Assembly: GCF_018350175.1 (NCBI RefSeq) | Contig: NC_058383.1 | Location: 13,952,001 to 14,016,000 of the forward strand | Reading direction: 5' to 3' | Source: Felis catus | Lineage: Eukaryota | Length of the DNA: 64,000 nucleotides | In this document: one piece after another, positions 24,031-35,560 of the stretch | How positions within the stretch are numbered: position 1 is the stretch's first letter | How the letters are laid out: every line of letters begins with the position of its first letter | Notes under the pieces: model-generated | Seen by the model: only the letters and a program-made list of their open reading frames with translations | Told to the model about the DNA's origin: nothing | Database searches by the model: none | Position numbers and translations under genes: made by a program

Positions 24031-24646
24031 AAGAAAATGTGAACTATTTTTTAGAGCAGCTGTACTATTTTGCATTGCTATTAGCCATATATGAGTGATC
24101 CTGCTTTTCCTCATCCTCACCGTTTGCTGTCGCCATTTTGATATGTGTGTAGAAATGTTTCATTGGGATTTAAATGTGCATTTCCTTAGTTATTAATGAT
24201 ATTGAACATCTTTTCACGTGCTTATTTGCCATCTGTAAATCCTCTTCAGTGAAATGGCTGTTCATGTTTTTTGCCCATTTTCTAATTGGATTGTTTGATT
24301 TATTTACTGTTGAATGTTGGGAGTTCTTTATGTATTCTGGGTACTAGTCCTCTGTCAGATATATGGTTTGGAAACATGTCCTCCCAGACTATAGCTTGCC
24401 TTTATCATCTGAGTACAGTCGTTCACAGAGCAAAATTTTTTTATTTCATTCAGGTTCAATTTATCAACTTTCCCTTGGTATGAATTGTACCTTTGGCATC
24501 AAGTCTAAGAATTTTCTTCCTAGTCCTAGATCCTGAAGATGTTCTCTGCATTTTTTTCCTAGAACTTTTATAGCTTTAAGTTTTACTTTTAGGTTTGGGT
24601 TAATTTTTGTGCCAGGTGTGAGACTCGTGTCAAAGTTTAGCTTTCA

Positions 24647-24689
24647 GTTGTTTGTTTTTTAGTTTATTTATTTATTTTGAGGGGAAGAG

Positions 24690-24726
<37 letters not shown>

Positions 24727-24847
24727 CTCAAGCAGGCTCTGTGCTGTCAGTGCAGAGTCCAAGTGGGGCTCGATCTCCAAAGCCATGAGATCATGACCTG
24801 AGTGGAAATCAAGAGTTGAATGCTTGACTGAGCCCCCCAGGTACCCC
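24647..24847 (-). mobile_element. CanSINE
   Basis: TSD caaagtttag at 24631-24640 and 24852-24861. Confidence 0.93.
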
Positions 24848-25457
24848 CCCCCAAAGTTTAGTTTTTAACTATGGATATTTACTTGCTCCAAGACCGCTTA
24901 TTGAAAAATGTATCTTTCCTCCATCGAATTGGCCTTTCTTATTTGTCAAAAATCTGTTAAACAAATTTGTGTGGGTCTATATCTGGGTTCTCTCTTCTGT
25001 TCAATTCATCTATATGCCTACCCCTCTTCTGTTATCACAGTCTTGATTACAGTACCTGCATAATTAGCCTTAAGATCAGATAGATTGATTCTTCCCACTT
25101 TATTCTTCCTTTTCAAAATTGTAATTGTTTCCTATATTTGGCTATTAGGTACACATATCTTCATAATTACATTTTCCTTGTAAACTGACCCTTTATCATT
25201 ACATAATGCCCTTCTTTGCCTCTTGTGGTAGGTTCTATTTTAGCTTATAGTCAATTTTGTCTGATACAAATATGGCCACCCTGCTGTCTTTTGGTTGCCT
25301 TTTGCATGGAAAATTTTTTCCCATTGTTGCACTTTTAGTCTATGTGTATCTTTATGTCTAAGGTGAGTCTTTTGTAGACAGCATATAAAGGCATCTTATT
25401 TTTAAAAATCCACTGAGCCATGCTTTATCTGTATGTGCACACATTGCAGATTTGTTT

Positions 25458-25900
25458 ACTTTTTTCCCAGCTTTACTGAGGTATAATCAACAAATAAAAT
25501 TGTAATTATATTTAAAGTATACAATATGATGATTTGATATACATATACATTGTGAAATGATTCCCATAATCAAGTTAATTAGCACATACATCACCTCACA
25601 TAGTTACTTTGTGTGTATGTGAGAGAAGTTAAGTCAAAGATAAGAGCTCTATAATATCACTTACACGTGGAACAAAGCACCAACAACAAACAGCTGAACT
25701 CATAGAAATAGAGTAGAACAGTGGTTTCCAGGGGCCGGAGGGGGGCTGTGTGTGTGGGAGAAATGGGGAGATGATGTTCCAAAAGTAAAAATTTTCAGTT
25801 ATAAGATGAATATGTTCTGAGGATCTCACATACAACATGGTGAACACAGCTAATGATACTGTATTGTATATTAGAAATATTTTTTTAAGAGAGAAGATTC
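25458..25900 (-). mobile_element. L1MA9-like 3' end with 5' inversion
   Basis: 25458-25628 is the antisense terminal 3' UTR; 25629-25900 is the adjacent upstream L1 segment in the sense orientation. Confidence 0.8.
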
Positions 25901-25904
25901 GTTT

Positions 25905-26085
25905 TAAAATGTTATTTATTTATTTTGAGAGAGAGAGAGCCCAAGCAGGGAAGGGGCAGAGAGAGGGGGAGAATCCCAACCAGCGCAGGGTCCAATGCGG
26001 GGCTTGAACTCATGAACCGTGAGATCATGACCTGAGCTGAAACCAAGAGTCAGATGCTTAACTGACTGAGCCACCCAGGAGCCCC
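25905..26085 (-). mobile_element. CanSINE
   Basis: Head (gccacccaggagcccc) and tail recognisable. Confidence 0.92.
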
Positions 26086-26224
26086 TTGTCTAGCATTTTT
26101 AAATTTCAGCGTGCAAGAATGTGTTTAACATTTCTTGTGAGGCAGGTTTAATGAAGATCCACTCCCCCAGCTTTTGTTTATCTGGGAAAATCTACACCTC
26201 CTTCATGTTTGAAACTCAGTTTTA

Positions 26225-26423
26225 GGGGCGCCTGGGTGGCGCAGTCGGTTAAGCGTCCGACTTCAGCCAGGTCACGATCTCGCGGTCCGTGAGTTCGAGC
26301 CCCGCGTCCGGCTCTGGGCTGATGGCTCAGAGCCTGGAGCCTGTTTCCGATTCTGTGTCTCCCTCTTTCTCTGCCCCTCCCCCGTTCAAGCTCTGTCTCT
26401 CTCTGTCCCAAAAATAAAAAACG
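26225..26423 (+). mobile_element. young CanSINE lacking a poly-A tail
   Basis: Perfect TSD ttgaaactcagtttta at 26209-26224 and 26424-26439. Confidence 0.97.
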
Positions 26424-27125
26424 TTGAAACTCAGTTTTATTGGATATGGTATTCTTGAGTGGCCGTTGTATTTCTTTGAATATATTATCCCACTGTCTTC
26501 TGGCCTGTAATGTTTTCGCTGAAAAACCCAGTGCTAATCTTACAGCTAATCTCTTACCCACGGTGCGTTGCCTTCCTCTTGCTGCTTTCGATAGTCTCTC
26601 TTCGTCTTTGACTTTTGACAATTTGAGGATGTGTCTTGACGTGAGCTTCTTTGGTTCATCATCACTGGAGTCTTTTGAGCTTCTTGAATTTGGATTTCCA
26701 TTTCCTTCCCCAGATTTGAGAAATGTTTAGCTGGTTTTTTTTCCTTTAATGAGCTTTCTGTTCGTTCCTCTCTTCTCCTGCCACTCCCATGATGTGTTCA
26801 TTGGTCTACTTGATGGTGTCCCATTAGTTCCCTTGGCTTTCTTCACTCTTTTCATGTACACGTTTTTCTTTTTGTTCCTCTGAGGCAATAATTTCAGATG
26901 ACTTGTCTTTGAGTTTGCTGGTTGTTTTTTCTGCCTTAATCAAGTCTGCTGTTAAATCCTTTTTGAAATCAGTAATTGTGTCCTTCAGGTCCAGAGTTTC
27001 TGTTTGTTTGTTTTTTAATATACTTTCTATAGCTTCACTGATAGTCTCAGTTTGTTCATGCATTATTTTCCTGATTTCATTTTGTTGTCTATCTGTGTTC
27101 TTTTGTAAGGTATTAAGCTTCTTTA

Positions 27126-27354
27126 TTTTATTTTATTTTATTTTTTTTTCAATGTTTTTATTTATTTTTGGAACAGAGAGAGACAGAGCATGAACGGGAG
27201 AGGGGCAGAGAGAGAGGGAGACACAGAATTGGAAACAGGCTCCAGGCTCCGAGCCATCAGCCCAGAGCCTGACGCGGGGCTCGAACTCACGGACCGCGAG
27301 ATGGTGACCTGGCTGAAGTCGGACGCTTAACCGACTGCGCCACCCAGGCACCCC
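27126..27354 (-). mobile_element. young CanSINE
   Basis: TSD taagcttcttta at 27114-27125 and 27355-27366. Confidence 0.97.
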
Positions 27355-29364
27355 TAAGCTTCTTTAATATAATTATTTTAAATTATTTGTCAAATAATTC
27401 ATGGATCTTCTTTTCTTTAGGTTGGTTTCTCAAGATTTATTTTTGCTTCTTTGATTGGCCATGTTTCCTTGTTTCTTTGTGTGCCTTGTAATTTTGCTTT
27501 CTTCCCTTCCTTCCTTCCTTCCTGCCTGCCTGCCTTTTTTACTGAGTTTTATGTATTTGAAAAACAGCTACCTCTCCCATTCTGTACAGCTTGTCTTCGT
27601 ATAGAGAAGGCGTCCACCCTTCAGCTTGTGAGAGATGCTAGGGACCTGAAAAACCATTTTGGAGGGTTGCAAGTTCTCTGGGTTCATGCATTTAATTTTC
27701 CTTTTACAAAGTTTTGCTGGTATTTTTTCCAGACCTCATAATCTCCGGTCCCCCTGGTGGCTGTCTGTGGTACTGCAGGTTCTCTGGTAGTGCGGCAGCC
27801 AGGCTTCCTTTTTCTTTTGTGGTGATCAGTGGCCCCCAGACATCCATAGTGTTCTGGGTCCCATCAGTGCTCCAAGTCAGGCGAGATGGACACCAGTCCC
27901 TCAGGCGATCCTTCCAGAAAGCTAGAATATCAAACACACGCTTTCATTTGTCCTGTGTCTCCCAACAGAGAATTCACGAGTTGAGCGCCTTCCCCTGATT
28001 GCACTGAGCCACACAGGCCTCTTCCTGTGACACCGTTGGCCTTGTGCTGCCCCCCCCTTTCTCTCGGTGGCTTTCAGGTATTCAAAAATTCTAGTTTCCT
28101 CAGAGCTCTGAGTGATGCAAGATAGGCCCCTAGCTCTCAGGTAGCCGGAATTTGTTTCTGTGGCTTGACTTTTGGGACCTGGCTCTTCTTTGGGGGGAGC
28201 GAAGGCATTACGGGCAGAGGAAACAGTATTATGAAGAGGCCCACAGATGAGAGAGAGCGTGGCTCGTGTGGGACCTGTGCGCAGTCACCGGGTGATCTTC
28301 AAAACTCACGGTAACTCTGGCCAAGAGCGTGTCTGCAGGCTGGTGCTCTGCCCCCCCAGGATGCTGCTGGAAGTTCTAGGAACGGACCTGACTGCTGCAC
28401 GAGGTGTCCAACGTGGCATGCCGTAGACCTTTGCTACTCAAAATGTGGTCCATCCCCTAGAAGCGTGTTAGAAATGCAGGATCTCAAACCATTCTCAGCA
28501 TCGGCATCTCCATTTTAACCAGGCTGCTGGTGAGCCCTCCCAGCGCAGACTGGGAAGCTCTCGTAGAACTGATGGATGGCCCGGTTACAATCAGGAGCCC
28601 CTGGGTTGGCCCAGCAGCGCACGGGAAACAAAGTCTCACTTGGGGTTGGGCTGGCGACCTACCCACCACACAACTTCCGCAGTGCTCCGTGCTCGTATTT
28701 TTCTTCAATTCCAATCTTCAATTAATTAGTAAAGCCTCCCCAGAGATGCCAGATTAGAAGTTTCTCTTTTGAGAAAGGTCCAGTATTTGCCCATTTAAAT
28801 TAACCTCGCTGTAGCCTTCCATCAGAGCATCTGTCCAAAGACGAAGTCATCATTGCTTTATCTTTCTACAAACAGACCCTCTTTTCCCAGGCAGCCGAAC
28901 AGGAGAATTTATCATTCCTTACCTGAGAAACGCTTAATTACTTGAACTTGGGATTCCAAGGTTGTCTCCGTAATACAATTAATTTTAATCAGGAGTCTGT
29001 TTGTCATTCAATCCAATTATTCTCAATTAAGTGATTGTGTATTTCACTTCACTATCAATTGATTGTGATGGTGATCAAGTAAACTCAATACGTTTGTGAT
29101 GATTTCATTAAGCAGACAATGTCTGCTGTTCAAAAGCTAGGGTTTTCGTCAGGGGCCCATCGTCTGGGCACCTGGAAATGCTGTGAAACCAGTGCAAAAC
29201 CGACAGTATTTATCCAGCTCCTGCAAGGCTGTCACTGCATCAGGCTGTTGGGACAAAGGACAACACATAAGACAAATGTAGCTCTCAAGGCCCTTATCTG
29301 TATCGGAGATGGGCAGTGTGTGTTGTAATAACCGTCTAGAAGGGTGGTGCGGACAAAAGGTTTG

Positions 29365-29564
29365 TTTTTAATAATGACCTTTATTTTTACTTTTTTTGGG
29401 GGGGGAAGGGCAGAGGGAGAGAGAGAAAGAGAGAGAGAATCTAAAGCAGGCTTCATGCTTAGCACAAAGTCCGACACGGGGCTCGATCCCACGACCCCGG
29501 GATCGTGACCTGAGCCGAATCCAAGAGTCAGACGCTCAACCTATTGAGCCACTCAGGTGCCCCC
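29365..29564 (-). mobile_element. CanSINE (older subfamily)
   Basis: gagagaatctaaagcaggcttcatgc...gccactcaggtgcccc. Confidence 0.92.
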
Positions 29565-29659
29565 CGAAGGTTTTTGTGGAGGGAGCAGGACTCGAGTCTT
29601 TGGAAGGCTGTGAGCACAGAGCTCACTGGGTGAGGCCTTGCAGCCACTGACGTTAGGAA

Positions 29660-30010
29660 CATCGGGGATGCTTGTGAGATGCAGGCATCCTTGGGCCCCA
29701 CCCCAAACCTACTGAGTCAGGATCTCTGGGGCATGGGTCCAGGAATCTGAGTTTTAAGATGATTAATGTAATACGGTGATTCATAAGCACAAAAAGCATG
29801 AGACCCACCGGCATCGTGGCTGAGAGAAAGATTTCTGACTCTAAAGCTGGGCATGACAGTGCTAGTTTCCACTCACTAGTGTTATGACCTCGCGGAAATC
29901 ACTAGTCTCCCCGGGTCTCAGTTTTCTCGCATTGAAAGTGGGAATTAAGTGCTTGTTCCACAAGGTGACTGTAAGAACTGCATCAGATAGCTTAAGCCTG
30001 GGCACGGCAT
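29660..30010. mobile_element. MER5-like fragment followed by MIR
   Basis: cccaaacctactgagtcaggatctctgggg...aggaatctg; then gggtctcagttttctc...aaagtgggaat. Confidence 0.6.
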
Positions 30011-30027
30011 TTGTCCGCAAGCAAAGG

Positions 30028-30273
30028 AGGTGCGCCTGGGTGGTTCAGTGTGTGAAGCGCTCCTTCAGCTGTTGGTCTGGGCTCAGGTCGTGATCTCGTG
30101 GGTCTGTGAGTTCGAGCCCCGCGTCGGGCTCTGTGCGGACAGCTCGGAGCCTGGATCCTGCCCCGGATTCTGTGTCTCCCTCTCTCGCTGCCCCTCCCTC
30201 CCTCTCTCCCTCTCTCCCTCTCTCTCTCTCCCTCTCAAAAATAAATAAACTTTAAAAAATTGAAAAAAAAAAA
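30028..30273 (+). mobile_element. CanSINE
   Basis: gcgcctgggtggttcag head, expanded CT tract, A-rich tail. Confidence 0.93.
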
Positions 30274-30735
30274 GGAAATAACAAAGGAAGGAATGCTGCA
30301 ACCAGGGGACGCTGCACATGGGAAATAATTGTGAGCTTGGATTCGGAAGCAGAGGACGTCTCTGAGGGCCAGGACCGGCCAGGGTGAGGCAGGCAGGGCG
30401 ATCAGCCATCCCAGGTCGCCCAGGACTGCAGGGTTTCCTGGGGGGGTGGGACTTTCCTGGGCGAGCCGGGACAGTCTTTCACCCGAGAATGGGAGTGGAT
30501 CCTACACCGAGAAGTGTGAAGGAGGACATCCCGGGCCAGGTCGTAAGCCCGTTCTTGTTATGCCGAGGCTTCTCCTCACATTTTATCTGCCGCCACAAGC
30601 TTGTTCTGCTGCAAAGTCATGAGGAGGTGCCGTTGTTTATTGGCGTTTCTGGTTGTGTCTCAGCTTAGTGCCGGGTGGGGCTTAGCTCGAGCAGAAATCA
30701 CATCATCTATACAACCTGGAACACTACGTTACCGC

Positions 30736-30920
30736 TTTTTTTTTTTTAAGTTTATTTACCTATTTTGAGGGGGGGGGCTGGGGAGCAGAGAGAATCCGAA
30801 GCCGGTTCCGTGCGGCCAGTGTGCAGCCCGATGCAAGGCTTGAACTCACAAACCGTGAGATCATGACCTGAGCTGAAATCAAGAGTCAGACGCTCAGATG
30901 AATGAGCCACCCAGGAGCCC
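30736..30920 (-). mobile_element. CanSINE
   Basis: T-rich tail through to gccacccaggagcccc. Confidence 0.92.
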
Positions 30921-31029
30921 CTCCACTGCTGCTTTAAATTGCAGTGGTCACAGCTGGTGCTTATCCAACAGCCGCTCCCAACTTCCTTGTCTTGCCTGCG
31001 TCCTGCTGTCAGGTCCCTCTTGCGGCTGA

Positions 31030-31450
31030 GGTGGCCAAGCACCCCAAGTTTCATGACTGCAACATAACATGAAATCTGTCAGCAGACTTCCAGAGTCTTC
31101 TCTTGACAGGAAGAGAGGCTCATGAGCAGAGCTTTTTTTTTTTTTTCTTATGCCCTTGGCTTCTCCCTGCTTCTATTCTTTTGGATGGTTATGCAAAGAT
31201 GTGATGCCTGGAGCTGTGGCAGCTCTTTTGCTGCGAAGAGTAAGTCCAAAGAATGACGGAGATGGTGACGTGGTACTCTGACACTGTGAAGCTACCCAAC
31301 CCTCCCTCAAAGCTCTGCCCTACCTTCTTGTGAATTAAACAACTTTCTTGTGAATTTCTTTCTTGTGAATTAAACAACCGGACTACGGTTTGAGTCTCTC
31401 TCGGTCTTGTGTCTTGTTACTTGCGGCCCAAGGTGTTCCTACCTGATTCA
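31030..31450 (+). mobile_element. old ERVL LTR remnant (LTR16/LTR33-like)
   Basis: gatgtgatgcctggagctgtggcagc...cttcttgtgaattaaac...tcttgttacttgcggcccaag. Confidence 0.5.
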
Positions 31451-33008
31451 TCAGCTGGTGCATGCGAGGCCTGCCCTCCCTCCAGTCTGCTGTGGTCCAC
31501 TTGACCATCCTAGGCCTGGCCATGGGAGCCTTCAGCCTCTGACTTCCCGGGCCTAGAGCAGGTGGAACAAGCATAGGAGAGGGGCCAGAGTTCTGATCCG
31601 CTCCTGGTGGGCCCTGACTGACCTCCACACAGTTTCTGGCAGCCTTTCCCCGAGGCTGGCCGCCACTCTGGTCCTCCCTCGCGTGGGAGGGAGCGTCGTG
31701 CTGCGAAACCGTCACCGCCCCACTACGTGCTATTGCGCCCTGCCCGTCCACGATTCCTGTGTTCATCCCTGCAGGAGGCCAATGCTCGAGGCAACTTTGA
31801 ATTCTGCCCCTGGCTGGGGGCCCTGCCTATCTCCCCACCTCCCCCTACAACCCTCTGTCTGTCTCTACTGCCCCACCCCTTCTACACTTGGGCCACAGTG
31901 ACCTACATAACTCTCACCAACCTGCAGCTTCCTGGTCCACATCACTCCTCCCCCATACGCCTCCCTGCCCTCACCCCCACCGCGCATGACAAACATACCT
32001 GACGCCCTCATCCTTCAAGGCCCTGTGTAAGCCTCACCTCCTCCCCAAATCGTCCCTGGGTTTCCAGGGTCTGGTTGGAGCCTCTTTCGGGGGCTTGCAT
32101 TCTTGGGGAAGATACCTCTTGCTTTGGGCTGCCCAGACTCCTTCTCTGGTCAGGGCGTCACCTCTTCAACCGCGAGAGTGCGCTGCCCTCCCCTCCCCTG
32201 CAGCCATGCGGCTCTGGGGGGACCAGGACCTGGCATAGGCCCCTCCTGGGCATTTTTATGCTAAGACAGGGGCGGCGCGGGGCTCACCTGCTGCAGAGGA
32301 CGGTGAGGCGGGCACCTGTGGGGAAGCAGCACCGGAGATGGGATGAGAGAATCCCAAGGATGTCATTAGTCCTCAAAACCGGTCCTCCCTGATGTTGGCC
32401 TCACCCCTGCCCTTCTAAGCATCCGGACCAACAAATCCTTCTTTTTGCTTAAACGGGGGATGGAGGTCTGTTTTGGTTCCCTGCAACAGGAAACTTGCCT
32501 GTCCTGCTTGTCCGTCCTTCCGGCCACACCGGGAATCCCGGAGATCAGGGGCATTTATCGAGCACACACAGACACTCAATGAATGTCGAATGAATGAGTG
32601 AGTGAGTGAATGAATACAGACGTGAACTAGACTCGAGCTTGCCTCACTCACCTTGGACTTGTGCTGTTAGAATTAACTGACCGACTTTCTTCCCGAGACC
32701 CGGCCAGCTTCAGTGTCCCTGCGAGTGTTTCCTAGCCTCTGACTTAGCCCCCAACTCCCTCACAGGGTCCCCAGCATGCTCTGTGGTCAAGGCTGACCTA
32801 TTTATAATACTATGCCATCCTGCACTATTTATGCTTCTAAGTTCCAGAGAAAAGGCTTAAAAATCAAAATGAAAGAATTCAACCACCTGGCAAGTGCCCG
32901 TGGGCTTCTCCACAATACTCGGTGTTTGCACGCGTTTAGTGACAGGGAGCACACCGCTTGATAAAGCGATTCTGCCCATCTCAGGAAGGTTCCTTGCAGT
33001 TCATCCTT

Positions 33009-33239
33009 TCATCAGTTTAATATTTTTTAATGTTTTTATTTATTTTTGAGAGACAGAGAGAGACAGAGAGCGAGCAGGGGAGGGGCAGAGAGAGAGAGAG
33101 GGAGACGCAGAATCCGAAGCAGGCTCCAGGCTCCGAGCTGTCAACACAGAGCCCGACGCGGGGCTCGAACCCATGAACCGCGAGATGATAACCTGAGCTG
33201 AAGTCAGACGCTTAACCGACTGAGCCACCCAGGGACCCC
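33009..33239 (-). mobile_element. CanSINE
   Basis: TSD cagttcatcctt at 32997-33008 and 33245-33256. Confidence 0.95.
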
Positions 33240-33677
33240 TAAAACAGTTCATCCTTATGTTGAGCTGAAAACTACATCTTGCCCCTAATTTCTCCTCTTT
33301 GGTCCTCGTTCTCTTTTCTGGTTTGTACATTTTCCAAAGGCCATGTTCTTTTAGCCTAAACATCGCCAAGTTAACACCAGGACCAGTGGGGGATTGAGAT
33401 TTTCCCCTCCCTAGATGTGCTGTTGTCTACACCCCTCTTAAAATGAAGCCGACTTTTGCCACTGTTCCTGTCCAGCCCAAGACCTCATCAGTTTACGGTG
33501 GGATATAATTTTGCCATAGTCTTTCCATCCCCCAGTATTTCCTTTAATCCTATAACCTTTTCTTAGTAACACAGTTATATCCGAGGCCTCTGTTACCTCA
33601 AGGGAAGATCTTCATGGGAACGGGATTTAGTCCAATGTTCTGTGATAGGGGAAAAAAAAGTGTATAAACAACAGTAG

Positions 33678-33906
33678 GACTCTCACCTCCATTCCAGAAT
33701 CTATGCTTCTGTTGATGCAGCCTCAGCTGGGTCACCTTTTGCCTTCGTTTCTCCATTTGTGCAGAACTCATTCTTCGTGAAGGAGTACATGAAGACTCTC
33801 GCCTCCTTCGTTCGAGAATCTATGCTTCTGTTAACGCAGCCTCAGCTGGGTCAACTTTTGCCTTCGTTTCTCCATTTGTGGAGAACTCACTCGGAGCACA
33901 TGGAGG
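33678..33906. repeat. two-copy ~116 bp tandem duplication
   Basis: gactctc..cctcc..agaatctatgcttctgtt..gcagcctcagctgggtca..ttttgccttcgtttctccatttgtg..agaactca repeated at 33678 and 33794. Confidence 0.95.
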
Positions 33907-34565
33907 CCAAGAAGCAGACGGAGGAGGAAGAGGCAGATTAGGCTGTGCCATAGGAAGGGGAGAGGCGAATATATCACAGATGCGTCCTTTAACATGGGCA
34001 CGGGGCGGGGTTTTGGCGGTGTTGGTGACGCACCGCTCTCCGCGGGTGATAATTGTGAATGTTTTGCTGCTGTGAGCCCGGATTTGCTAACGCGTACTGA
34101 CAGGCTTCCTAATGGCAACTCGCGGCCGTGAATCGGGTAACAGGAATTTGACAGCAGGCAGATAACCCGGACTAAGACTTGATTTCTAGTGACAGACTGA
34201 GAGTCACCGGAGAGAGCCTTTAGGAGGGAACACAAATTCAGGAAAACGCTGCTCATCTGCCTCCCACCGAGGTTCCCAGGGATTGGCCGCACCATCTCAT
34301 TGCAGGCGGCCTCCTGGGGACCCTCTCTGCTTCTTTCACACCTCCGTCCCCTCCGTCCCCCTTCCCCAGGCCGAGCCATCGCCAGCCAGCTGTCATTCTG
34401 TGGCCCGCCCCATCTGGAGACGCTAGACAACAGGTCTCCACTGCCCCAGCGGAAGAGAGCAGACGAGCTTGGTGTGAGGCACACGGGTGTAGAAGAACAC
34501 GCCAGCCAGTTTTCTTCGAGGGCAGAAAGAAGAGAGAGAAAAGGAAGGAAGTGGGTGGGGGGGGC

Positions 34566-34701
34566 CTACAGGGGGGCGTGGAAGGTGGGTTCAGAAGGAG
34601 CCACAGCCTCAGAGTCAGTATGCGGACGCAGCACATCACCTGTGGACAGTTGGCTCAGCTCTTCCTCCAGCTGGTACACCCTCTCCCTCCGTCTGGTGAG
34701 C
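34566..34701 (-). CDS. weak orphan exon candidate (coiled-coil-like peptide)
   Basis: Acceptor cccccacctccag; frame LTRRRERVYQLEEELSQLSTGDVLRPHTDSEAVAPSEPTFHAPL*; not recognised as a known gene. Confidence 0.15.
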
Positions 34702-35074
34702 CTGGAGGTGGGGGGCAGGCCCACAGGTATTTAAAGGGGTCGTGGAGGGACCATCTCAACTCAAAAGCTTCTCCCTGGGTGGCACAGTTGAGCTACCGCC
34801 GGAGTGGTCTTTGAAAGCACAACTATGGAGAGGCCACGCCTGAAACTCTTCAGTGGTCCCCATTCCCTGGAGGCCACGGTCCCAGCTCCTGCGCAGGGAG
34901 GAAGGTTTGGCTGCTGGCTACCTCTGTTGCCCACGCACTCAGCACTCCTGCCCCCAGCCAGCTTTTCAGCAGGGCTAAACAGGAGTTGGCCACCTTGGCC
35001 CCGGGCTCTGGACCTTTGCGTGTGCGTCTCTTGACATCTGGATCACTCTCCCCTCCCCTCCCCTCCCCCGTTCT

Positions 35075-35560
35075 GATCATCCACTACCGCAGGGCAGCCA
35101 TCCGATGCTAAGTGGCTTAAAACCACAACGATCGTTCACTTTGCTCAAGAACCTGCAAGCCGGCGGGCGCTCAGTGTGGACAGCTCATCCTTGCTCTGCG
35201 TGGCATGCACTGGGGCAGCTCCACTGGAAGACTCACTTTCAAGATGGCGCACTCAGATGGCTGACTGTGGGCGCTCAGCCAGGGCTAATGGCTGGGGCCT
35301 CAACTCTCTGCGGGCTGTTCCGGGTGTTTCTCAGCTTGGTGGCTGAGTTCTCTGCGAGCGCCAGGCAGAAGCTGTATCATGTTTCATGGCTTAAACTCAA
35401 AAGTCACATAGCATCACTTTAACGATAGCTGCAAGCCTACTAGATTTAAGGGGAGGGGTCTAGACCCAGCCTCCAGGAGGCGCGAGTGTCCCTCCCTCCG
35501 GGAGCTAAGAAGTGCACGCGGGGTGGGAGGTAATGTAGCCCATCTTCGGGAAATGAAATC
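35075..35560 (-). mobile_element. MaLR LTR (MLT1-like)
   Basis: aagtggcttaaaccacaacg...ggacagctcatc...cactttcaagatggcgcactcagatggctg...aagtcacatagcatcactt. Confidence 0.7.

Larger units (their letters stand above)
22640..25135 (-). mobile_element. old L1MC-type 3' region, fragmented by three SINEs and a short + strand L1 piece (~22690-22900)
   Basis: gaacatttccatcatcacaagg, ccatttcaagaatgt, gatattgaacatcttttcacgtgcttatttgccatctgta, tttgtgtgggtctatatctggg are antisense L1 motifs. Confidence 0.8.
25140..28150 (-). mobile_element. old L1 5' part (ORF1 and start of ORF2), fragmented by later insertions
   Basis: ORF 26824-27063 resembles the ORF1p coiled coil (…EEQKEKR…EKSEES); ORF 26178-26621 starts KVKDEERLSKAARGRQ…VRLALGFSAKTLQARRQWDNIFK, like the ORF1p C-terminal part; boundary near 28150 is uncertain. 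Confidence 0.75.

Noticed and set aside
27747..27761. CTCF-like motif on the minus strand (gccaccagggggacc)
   Set aside because: Mismatch at a conserved C and located in presumed L1-derived sequence
31326..31378. Short ttcttgtgaatt triplication
   Set aside because: Ordinary slippage duplication within an old LTR remnant
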